NCBI GenBank assembly: GCA_950097015.1
Contig: CATNEN010000041.1
Coordinates: forward strand, 620,001-684,000
Origin: Macrostomum hystrix
Lineage: Eukaryota; Animalia; Platyhelminthes
Direction of reading: 5' to 3'
DNA length: 64,000 nt
The position numbers and the translations under genes were made by a program. A model generated the notes under the pieces. The model searched no databases and had not been told where the DNA came from. It saw only the letters and a list, made by a program, of their open reading frames with translations. Positions 44,901 to 55,423 of the stretch are shown one piece after another (the first letter of the stretch is position 1; each line of letters starts with the position of its first letter).

Positions 44901-47900
44901 AACAGGTAGGGGAATGACTAAACAGAATCATCATGAACAGGTAGGTGAATGAGTAAACAGAATGAGCGTGAACAGGAAGGTGAATGAGTAAACAGAATGA
45001 GCGTGAACAGGAAGGTGAATGAGTAAACAGAACGAGCGTGAACAGGAAGGTGAATGAGTAAACAGAATGAGCGTGAACAGGAAGGTGAATGAGTATACAG
45101 AATGAGCGTGAACAGGAAGGTGAATGAGTAAACAGAATGAGTGTGAACAGGAAGGTGAATGAGTAAACAGAATGAGCGTGAACAGGAAGGTGAATGAGTA
45201 AACAGAATCATCATGAACAGGTAGGTGAATGACTAATCAGAATGATCATAAACAGGTAGGTGAATGATTAAACAGAATGAGCGTGAACAGGTAGGTGAAT
45301 GAGTAAACAGAATCATCATGAACAGGTAGGTGAATGAGTAAACAGAATGAGCGTGAACAGGTAGGTGAATGACTGGTGAGGGTTAGCATTGACTGACAAG
45401 ACAGCGCCAATAAGGGTAAGCCCAGTTCAGCAGCCGCTCACCCATATAGATGTCCTTCAGCCGGTCGGTCCAGGCCTGAACTCGCAGCTTCTGCGCCAGC
45501 GCCTCCGCCTGAGAGGCCGAAGCCGGCTGACTGCCGTCGACCTCGTCGTCTCTGATGAGGAAGCAGGTAATTTATTATTACGATCCTAAAATCTAAAAAT
45601 CTCCTCACCTACACTCAGAATGGGATCTACCGAAGCCCCAATGGACTCACGGCCTGGTGGAGAAGATGGGATTGTCCCCCAGCCAAATGGACACACCCTG
45701 GTGGAGAAGATGGGATTGTCCCCCAGCCAAATGGACACACCCTGGTGGAGATGGGATTGTCCTCAGCCCAATGGACTCACACCCTGGTGGAGAAGATGGG
45801 ATTGTCCCCCAGCCAAATGGACACACCCTGGTGGAGATGGGATTGTCCTCAGCCCAATGGACTCACACCCTGGTGGAGAAGATGGGATTGTCCGTGAAGG
45901 CGTCGTGCGCTAGCGCGAACAGCCTGATCGCGCGGGACACTCGCTTCCGCTGGAAATTGTCGTAGATTCGCCTGGCCACAGCTTCGGCTGTCTCATCCTC
46001 GCCAATGCCCTCCTCCTGGTCTTCTTCGTCTCTGTCTCCGTCGGAGTCTACGTCGGGCGCGACGCCGTCAGCGGCGACTTCCACGTCAGCGGCAGCCGTG
46101 GAGGATGTCGAGCGCACCTGATTGCTAAGCAGCTGCAGCACTTTGGGAATAATGCACCGGCGCCAGGTAAGCTCCTTTTGAACCAGCTCCGGGTCCTGCG
46201 ACGCCTCCAGATCTTGCAGCACCTGAATTGGAATTGTTGAGTTAATGCTACACTTTATAACAACAGCAATTTCGACATGAAAACCAGCCTGGTGAGCTTC
46301 ACTTGAACCTGGGTGATCCTTTAAAGGCTTCAACTGGAAGTAAACCTCACGAGCCTCAGGAATGCTGTAAAAATCTCATGAATGAATGCCTTTAAGAGCC
46401 TCAGGAATGCTGTAAGAATCTCATGAATGAATGCCTTTAAGAGCCTCAGGAATGCTGTAAGAATCTCATGAATGAATGCCTTTAAGAGCCTCAGGAATGC
46501 CGTAAGAATCTCATGAATGAATGCCTTTAAGAGCCTCAGGAATGCTGCAAAAACAAAAATGAATGCCTCAAGAGCCTCAGGAATGCTGTAAGAATCTCAT
46601 GAATGAATACATCAAGAGCCTCATAGTTGCTGTAAGAATAACTTTCAAAACTTTAAGAGTCCAAAAACCTTCGGAGTGTTTTAAGAATCCGTATAAATAC
46701 TCTAAGAGCCTCAGAAGTGTTTCGAGAGCATTCAGAATGTAGCTCTTGAATGAAATTCAAAACAGCAGGTTTGGATTACGCATATGACCTACCTTGATCT
46801 CTCGCTCAACCTCGGCCTTCAGCTGTTCGGTGGGCACGCGCACAGCGGGATTGCACTCCAGCATGGCAGCCAGAATCTTCATGCTGTGCTTCCTGGCCAT
46901 TGCGGAGGTGTCGAGCAGCGAGCCGAGCGGCCCGGCAATCAGCTCGACTAGGCGGCCCATTCTCTCGTAGGGCAGAGATTTGGCTTCAACAATCTGCAGC
47001 CAGATCTGCAGGCAGCGGGCGCGCACAAAGCCATTGAGATCATGCACGTGCTCTTCCAATGTGTCCAGGTAGCGGTCAACCTTAGCCCGCTGCTTCGAGT
47101 CCAGCTCAGCGTTGGACAGGTAGCGCTTGCTCAGAATAGCGGCTATCATACTGAGCACACAGTTGCGCAGCGAGTAGGGATCGCAGCCGAGGCGATCCTG
47201 TGGGATCAGTTGAAGTTTAAACAAGGGTTTTAGGCAGTTTCGAACTAGAGGGTGGGATTTAAATCCACAGACGAGCGCATTTTTTACCTTGAAGTGTGGC
47301 AGGCACTGCTCGGCAATGTCCGGATGCAGCTGGGCGAATTCCACTAGGAAGGTGCACAGTGCGCCAGTGCCGGCTGTGTTCTTTTCCAGATCGGCCGGAG
47401 AATAGCTGGCCAGCTCCTGTGGAGGGATGGGTTTGAAGGGGGTTTGTTGCTAGTCCTATATACTAAATTAACACTAGCAACAAAGCATTCGTAGTTTCAA
47501 TACAACTGGGTTGCTTGGCGCAGATATTTTGTCCAAGCATTAAGTTATTAATTTTTTTAATGAATAAATAAGTAATAAGATAGACAGATTTTAAAACAGA
47601 AACCTAACCTGCAGAAAAGCGGACACGAAGCTTTTCATGTCATTGTGCTGGCCGCTGAGCAACCCGTTTACAAGGTGCACAACCTGATTGGGCTGGGGCT
47701 GCTCGCACATGACCAGCAGCTGGCTGAGCTTGATTGCGCCAGTGCGGCTGTAGCTGTAGCTCTGCACCAGGCGGCTCAGGATGCTGGTCACCGGCTCGCG
47801 CACCTCCTGAATCCGAATGAAGCTGGGATTGTCCAGCACCCGGAAGCACAGGTCGCCAATTAGGTTTACAAAGTCTTCCTCGATGACAGGCGGTTCCCAC

Positions 47901-48927
47901 AGCATGTGCAGCTGCAGGCAGCAGAGCTGCTTCAACTGTTCCACCAGGCCGCTGACCTCCTCGTCCCAGCGTAGGCGGATCATCTCGGCGCAGGCGGCGC
48001 TGGCGGCCTTCTTTTTGCGGCCCTTCTTGGCGCCGTGAATCGGCTTGCCGCTGCCCAAGTCGGCCTCAAATAGCTCCAGCTGCTGGGCTATCAGGAACAT
48101 CTGGTGGCGGGGATTTAGGGAGACGATGCTGTGCACAAACAATCGGACAAATTTTTTATCCAACTACAAGTCATTTTATCAATGACTACTACACATAGAC
48201 AATCGACAGAACACTGCTTTACGGTAGGCATAGCAACATTGTTAAAAAAGGTCAACAATTTTATAGACAGGACAGCAATCAGTTAGACAGGATATCAACC
48301 GGTTAGACAGGATATCAACCGGTTAGACAGGATATCAACCGGTTAGACAGGATATCAACTGGTTAGACAGGATATCAACCGGTTAGACAGGATATCAACC
48401 GGTTAGACAGGATATCAACCGGTTAGACAGGATATCAACCGGTTAGACAGGATATCAACCGGTTAGACAGGATATCAACCGGTTAGACAGGACAGCAACT
48501 TTTTTACAGGCAAACGCATTTGTGAGCAGAGTTCTTAGGCTCTCACCAGCATCTTGATGGCATTCCTGGACTCGCAGCGGGCCTCTGAGGATATTCCGGC
48601 CGAGTCGCCGCTCGTATCGTCAAGCGAGGCGGCCAAACTGAGTACAGTGCAGTGGCAGCACTCAGCCAGAATGTCCCACGCGTCCTCCTTGGCCGACTGT
48701 TCAACATCCGGCCAGTGGCAGAGAAGGCTGTACAGCACATTGAATCCGTCCAGAGGGAATAGCGATCGGCGCAGTTGTAGCAGGCGGCGGCAGTCCTTTA
48801 GGCGAGCTGGCAGGCTGCTGACGCTCAGCACTTCATCAACATAGAACTGGCGGGGCGCCCGCTTTTGCAGATCCTCGCGGGCCACCGGGTAAATGAACTC
48901 AAGTACGCGTTTGCCGGTTGAGCTCAT
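38985..48927 (-). CDS. NCAPD2: Condensin I HEAT subunit CAP-D2/Cnd1, 11 exons, about 1478 aa
   Basis: Exons (minus): 48927-48547, 48100-47609, 47416-47288, 47197-46793, 46222-45867, 45551-45442, 44077-43581, 43082-42702, 42617-42234, 41487-40840, 39638-38985 (4437 nt), phase-consistent. Cnd1 motifs: DLNGFVRARCLQIW, IRANLIVALGDLAKRFPNLIEPWT, LSHLILNDMIKVKGQISEM, KGNALYNVLPDII, LVEKLCIRL, WRDFAYCL. Confidence 0.95.
39700..40810. repeat. Mixed 23/20-bp intronic minisatellite (AGGATAATACAGGCTTTGATTAG / AGAATACAGGCTCTGATTAG)
   Basis: Last NCAPD2 intron. Confidence 0.95.
41535..42185. repeat. 19-bp intronic minisatellite (CTACTGATTCTGTCTCACC), about 33 copies
   Basis: NCAPD2 intron 9; reads GGTGAGACAGAATCAGTAG in the sense direction. 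Confidence 0.95.
43240..43560. repeat. Degenerate 20/21-bp intronic array (TAGGGTGAGATTGACAT core)
   Basis: NCAPD2 intron 7. Confidence 0.8.
44755..45375. repeat. 35-bp intronic minisatellite (AGGTGAATGAGTAAACAGAATGAGCGTGAACAGGA and variants)
   Basis: NCAPD2 intron 6. Confidence 0.9.
45640..45893. repeat. 42-45-bp array spanning a splice donor and carrying about 25 nt of exon sequence, about 5-6 copies
   Basis: Minus-strand unit GGACAATCCCATC(TTC)TCCACCAGGGT/GT...CCATT(G/T)GGCTG; the exon part encodes DNPIFSTRV. Confidence 0.9.
46350..46625. repeat. 45-bp intronic array (GAGCCTCAGGAATGCTGTAAGAATCTCATGAATGAATGCCTTTAA), about 6 copies
   Basis: NCAPD2 intron 4. Confidence 0.9.
48280..48492. 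repeat. 20-bp intronic array (GGTTAGACAGGATATCAACC), about 10 copies
   Basis: NCAPD2 intron 1. Confidence 0.95.
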
Positions 48928-51900
48928 CTCTGCTGTAAAAATAGCAGGTGTAGCTATATAAAAATGTCCTTGCTGATAAAGCCTAGCTGCATAGCTCGTA
49001 AATAGTCTTCCTTCTGCTTTATCGAACTAAAGGGCATAGCCAAATTGCATACTCTAATTGGCTACCTAGGCAGCCATCTGCTGACTTCATCAAGCCAAAT
49101 TTCAACCATCTTATAAACATTGCTTCTTGCCCTATTAGAGCCAATGACAGTTTGACTAGCACACTGTTGCACCAGTGTAACCTTGATTGATCTTTTTAGA
49201 GTTCTAAATAAATGATATTTCCTAAATACATATTTCTTAAATATCAAAACTAATTTTTATATGAAAAGACTCTGTTTTTATATGCAGAAGATTTTTAAAG
49301 TAAACAAATAAAAAATGTTTTGTTAATTATATACAAATACAAAAAACATACAAAGTACAGTTAATTTTAAAAATGATTTTTTTGTAAACCTTTAACATTT
49401 GAATAAATATAACCAGTTTGACAGCCAAAAAACAACCCACCAGAGCTGTAATAAGCAAATATAAGAGTTAAAGTTCTAAATATTCTAAAGTTTCTAAATA
49501 ATAAAGTCAAGAGTTACTTATTTTACTTATTATCTTACTTGCAAGAGAGAACAAAGAGGAGCCTTATTAGGCTAGGTGTGTAAAAGCAAACAATGCCTAA
49601 TTAACGACTTATGCCAAGTGAATGAATGTTACACAAAGAACTAAACAATTAAGGTTTAAAAAATAAATACTAACACAATAAAAATAAAAACAAGCTATTA
49701 TTGTTTAATAAAAACCAATACAGGTGAAAAAAACTAAGAATCTAACTGAATTTTACCAATGTGTACATCATGACTATAAATTAATCAGTTTGACACATTT
49801 TATGACAGAATGAAATAAGGAGTTAACAAAATTTGTTTGTTTCTGTTTTTAATTATGATCCCTCAAGTTTAAAATTAATTTGTAGATTGTAAATTCAGTC
49901 GTGAGTGAAGTTGCACTATTTAAGAGCCACCTCTGATTCAAAGCATTCTAGCAATACATCTGCATTTTAGCAACCTGCAAAGTGAGGAATCAAGCATTTA
50001 TTTGTAGGTCCACACCCCTCAGTTTCATTTCACAATCCGCTTAAGGTACAGAAAACTGAGTTTCACAATTATGAGGATTCTTTAGGCCTACTAAATAAAT
50101 GAGCATAGGGGAAAGCATAGAAACAGCTCTATTTTGTTGCAACTTATGTGTTGCGATTTTACCTACATCAGACTGACAATCCCCAACTTAAAATTTTGTC
50201 ATTAAGGGCAAGACATGTCCAAAATAAAAAACAGTCAAGTTTTGTTTCTTGATCCCCTTCAATAGAAGTCCTCCTTTTAAAATATCGTGTAAGAAAAGTG
50301 AATATAATGTCAGATAGATGAAAGAACTATAGCTGATTTGTTTGAGACACATACTCTGACATAAGACAGACATACCGACATAAAAAACTGTGTCTTTACA
50401 GTTTTAAGCCCCAATTTTGGTAGTCTTATTCAAGCACCAAACACAAAAAGTGTAGATCATGCAATGCGATGAGAATATTATAATCATGGTTTAAAATACA
50501 AAATGCAAAAAGTGTATATGCACATATATTATTCAAGGATCACTTAGTGAAGTTAGTACTGTAGAATGACTATTTCACGCATCCATTTCACTCATTGCTA
50601 GGCTTCTAGAAACTTTTTAGCATTTAGAACTTTAGCGTACCGTACATGTCTGTCTCGTGGCTGAATTTTAATTTTTTTTGTTTGCTTTCATTTTAAAATG
50701 AAGAAAGAGCCATATTTCAAAACATTAAGCTAAAAATCCGGTAAATTATATAAGATTAACAACTACTTAACGTATTACTGACCTGAGAAAGCTTAATAAC
50801 TCGGTCAGAGTGCAATTTTGGTACATTTGAATTATCTAAACCTCTCTTTACAACCATCTAAACTCTCTAAATGTATTTATTTCATCCTTTTTTACACATT
50901 GTCCGTGGACTGAACAGCCGTTACGCAACCTTCAGAACGCACCGCGCAATAGCTGCGACTATATTGTCGGCTACACATCAGACTTTATTGGGGCAGGTGT
51001 AATATTTTTTGTTACACATCGTCGTCTGGAATTACTTAGTTTGGAATATCGTTGAAGCGATTTCTTTTTTCAATAGCAGCTAAATTGGCAACAGAATGAA
51101 ACAATATTTGCTTCGATTTTGTTTCTCCAATGATAAATTATTATCTTTCTGGTTACTTTAATGCTAATGGGGTTTTCGAGGGTTACATTTTTTGATAAAT
51201 GGTTGAATGTCCTAAGTTGAATCTAAATTAATCTTGTATGCACGATAGGTAAATAAAATAAAAAGCGTTACAAAGAAAGCATTTGGTTTTGGTACAAAAA
51301 AGCGTCCAGTCAGCTTATCTTTCGAAATGGTTTTGCCACATTAGCCAGCTCAGTGATGCTTTGATTATTTAGTTCTCTGCTACTGGGGGGATTGTTCTTT
51401 GCTGCTGGGGGGTAATTAGTTCTCTGCTGCTGGGGAGACACTAGTTTTTTACTGTTGATGGGATAGTATTCACATGTACCTAAGTAGCATTAAGCTGAGT
51501 TGTATTAAACGTAAGTTACTTGTGTAATTTTGCCCCAATGGGGCTCTTGGTGTACAGACCGGATGTCTCAGAATGTATTCAAGCTCAGTCTGACTATTTT
51601 TGTATTTAGTGAGGATTCAAATTCTCGTTGAATCGCAATCACGCATATTCGCAATCAGGGAAATTAATTCGGACGAAATGAGTTTTCGTTTTTGTTTGCT
51701 TTCAGGTGTGTCTTGTCCTTCTGCATTACACAATATTTTTTTGTGTACAGTAGTGCCCCCAAGGGGGCTTAGTGTGCTAGTCTCCTATTTTGGACTAATG
51801 AGTCTCCTCATTTTGGTCCTTGCATGGTTTTTCTCTGCAGATCACACTCACTGGATGAAAAAAATTTTTAACGAAAATTCGAAGAATTGGACGAGTGAAA

Positions 51901-52519
51901 AATCATTGTTTTTTGTTTTTTGCATTCAACAACAAAAGGTATTGACTGATGCTTAGGCAGAAGACGCGCCATTATGACCCTTCCCCGACAAATTCTCATG
52001 AAAGGCTGAACATTTGGAATTGCTTTGGGAGGCCAAGGAGCAGAGCCCTAAAATGGTTTGGGTTGGAATTGAGGTGGGCGCATTAAAACTGTCGCAATGC
52101 TAGGCGCACTTTTCGCACGGCCGAGTGTGTACACGATGCCATATTGGGGAGGCGGGCTGGCACGGGCTGGTGGGAATGCAACGAAATCTCGCCCTTCCCT
52201 GACCCTAAAGGGATCTAAGCTCTTGCAATGGCCAAGTCATAGCAGCTGCCACCTCAATTCATTTGTTCACTACTTTTGTGGAAGGGACAGCTCTTATCTT
52301 GTTCGCGTCTTCTGCTCCCCAAAAAAACTGACACGCCCGCCGTTCCTTCCCCTCTCCAGCGTACCCGCGCGTACTGGGCCAGCAACTTCTGCTGCCGCCG
52401 CATGCATGCAGCACCGGACAGAGTTAGAGAGACGATCGGAAGTGAAGGGAGAGACAGGCAGAGCCACAGGGTGAAGGGAGTCACAAGCGTCCGCGCGCAG
52501 CCAGTTTTAGCTGCTGTAC

Positions 52520-52863
52520 TATAAAGCCTCTACCCCGTAGCCTCGCCCCTCTCTGCACCCCTCTCCACTCTCTGTCGCCGCAACCAACCCCAAGCGAGAG
52601 CCGTGCATATACATAGCTTGAGCAGAATTTCAGCCAACTGACTCGACCTTACAGTACCGCAGCACAGCACCGCCCCCACACCCTGAGCTGAGCTGTCCCA
52701 CCAGACTGCTCCGCACGTCCACAATTTAAGAGTGCTCGTGGCCACCCGTCACCTCCAGCGCCCAGCAACCCGGAGCTGCAGAGCGAGAGAACCTGAAGAG
52801 CTCGAGGCCAGCACAGGAAGAGTTGGGTGAAACGCCGTCACGGCAGAAGACAAGCATTTTAAG
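52520..52863 (+). promoter_or_regulatory. Putative TATA box and non-coding first exon, possibly of the FYVE gene
   Basis: TATAAA at 52520-52525 with a GC-box-like GGGAGGCGGG upstream, and a possible donor AAG/GTTTGG at 52863/52864. No transcript evidence. Confidence 0.3.
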
Positions 52864-53256
52864 GTTTGGATTCGTTCCTCTAATAGAGTCGACGGGCTCT
52901 GTTAGTGCTTGTGAGTTTCTACGGACACGGTTGTACTGGAGAATGAGTCACGCGGAAGTTTGAGTTGGCGATGCACTCGCCCGTGTTTGCATAAGGCTCG
53001 TTCACACTGCCATTAAACGACTAGTTTTTTGGTGTAGATTTGTGTGTTTAAATGAATGGTCATAAAAATGAACTATCGTGTATTCTAGCTTCGTCGATTG
53101 ATGACAGTATGAACGAGCTACAAGTATAATATAGCAATGCAGGTTGACATCCTGGGGTACTAAACCAGTTCTTACCAGGACACTCGAAATCAATGCAATG
53201 AAAAGCACCCCGAGATTAAGAGGCTAAGGGCAATCTAAGGGACTCCTCAGAGACGT

Positions 53257-54112
53257 CTAGACTTCCTCCTCAAGGCACTCTAGACTTCACTCATCAAGGC
53301 ACTCTAGACTTCACTCCTCAAGGCACTCTAGACTTCCTCCTCAAAGCACTCTAGACTTCACTCATCAAGGCACTCTAGACTTCACTCCTCAAGGCACTCT
53401 AGACTTCACTCCTCAAGGCACTCTAGACTTCACTCATCAAGGCACTCTAGACTTCCTCCTCAAGGCACTCTAGACTTCACTCCTCAAGGCACTCTAGACT
53501 TCACTCCTCAAGGCACTCTAGACTTCACTCCTCAAGGCACTCTAGACTTCACTCCTCAAGGCACTCTAGACTTCACTCCTCAAGGCACTCTAGACTTCAC
53601 TCATCAAGGCACTCTAGACTTCACTCCTCAAGGCACTCTAGACTTCACTCCTCAAGGCACTCTAGACTTCACTCCTCAAGGCACTCTAGACTTCACTCCT
53701 CAAGGCACTCTAGACTTCACTCATCAAGGCACTCTAGACTTCACTCCTCAAGGCACTCTAGACTTCACTCCTCAAGGCACTCTAGACTTCACTCCTCAAG
53801 GCATAGACTTCACTCCTCAAGGCACTCTAGACTTCACTCCTCAAGGCACTCTAGACTTCACTCCTCAAGGCACTCTAGACTTCACTCCTCAAGGCACTCT
53901 AGACTTCACCTCCTCAAGGCACTCTAGACTTCACTCCTCAAGGCACTCTAGACTTCACTCATCAAGGCACTCTAGACTTCACTCATCAAGGCACTCTAGA
54001 CTTCACTCCTCAAGGCACTCTAGACTTCACTCCTCAAGGCACTCTAGACATCACTCCTCAAGGCACTCTAGACTTCACTCCTCAAGGCACTCTAGACATC
54101 ACTCCTCAAGCA
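53257..54112. repeat. 24-bp minisatellite (CTCCTCAAGGCACTCTAGACTTCA), about 35 copies
   Basis: Upstream of the FYVE gene ATG. Confidence 0.95.
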
Positions 54113-54661
54113 CTCAAGCACGGAGCTCATGAGCTCATTGGTGTCTCAGTCGCTGATCCAATCTGTGAAAGCTTTCTATTGCTTGGATTTCATTTGAAGC
54201 GGTCGACCTTTTAGAAGCAGATTTCGCACAGGCCACTTTGAATGCGGCAAATTTTAATCCTTCGAATGTGAACAACGATAATGGCCAGTCCCGACTGCTT
54301 GCGTCAATGCAGAGATCATAAATAACTTTCCAAGCAGAGTGGAACGAATTCCCCCTAATTTTTCACGGCCTGCTTGCCGACAGATGCAATCTGCATTTCC
54401 GAATCCATTATGATGCCGCATATATTTAAGCTTTGAGAGGCCGCAGTGGATTAACTGCATCGGTAGCGGGGGGGGGGTAGATTTTGCAGTCGCATGCTTG
54501 AATGCCGGCTCTTGGGCCCGGGGGGTTCTTGGGCCCGGCTGCATCGTAAACTGCAGCAGCAGCAGCAGCAGCCGAATTCGTACTTAACGGCGCTGACTCA
54601 GACCTGCCCCGTTTCCGGCTTCAGCAGCACTGAAGCAGTTTGGCAGATTGGAGGTTGGAGT

Positions 54662-54665
<4 letters not shown>

Positions 54666-54710
<45 letters not shown>
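54666..54710. repeat. (TG)n microsatellite
   Basis: Read directly. Confidence 0.95.
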
Positions 54711-54712
<2 letters not shown>

Positions 54713-55423
54713 CTGCAGCTGCTAATGACATTGTGCATTTGCTTTCGATTTCTTTCAATTATTAAAATTTGAGGACTCTCTGAGCAGCTAAAAGTGAGTC
54801 AGGCAGCTCCCGGACCCGTCCAGCCCAGAATACGTTAGTCTCGCCAATAGCCAGGCGGCAGCTCACACTGTCCCAGGCGATCTTCTTCCCATTGCTCAGG
54901 CAATCCACTTCCATAATCTCATATTTGGGATTTCTCCCCGGCCTGGCAACTGAAGCCGCCCAGCTCGAAAGGTCATAATTAGATTTTCCGTTGAGCCCAG
55001 AGGTTTGGAATTTGCTCAAGACTGCTCAGGACTGCTCGTCTCTGCAGGCCGACACGGACCTCCGGAAGTGCCGAGCAATCAAATTCCTGTCGGGAATGGC
55101 GAGGGAGAAATCTTAGCGACTTCTTGGGCAGCTCCGCGCCGGAAAGCACAGCAAGCTGAGCAGCCTCCGTCCTTCCCCATCCCATCACTGCCTCCCGTGG
55201 GCCGTCAGCTGCAGCAAAAAGTACCCCTCAATTATTTCTCTTCCTCTTACCATCTTTGCTTTGCGCTAAAAATCCCCGCAAAAAAAATTAATTTCCAGAT
55301 CCCCACACCGAGCGCAAAGGAATCGAGGCTGAGCAGCCGTACTCAGCGGAGTTCGCGATGGACGGCAGACCCTGCGGAACCCAACCAAGGAATTCGCGCC
55401 GTCTGTAACAAAACCCACTAGAA

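Noticed and set aside
54435-54545. Second hAT-like element (GGATTAAC...GGGCCC)
   Set aside because: Only a vague resemblance; no TSD or inverted termini found.
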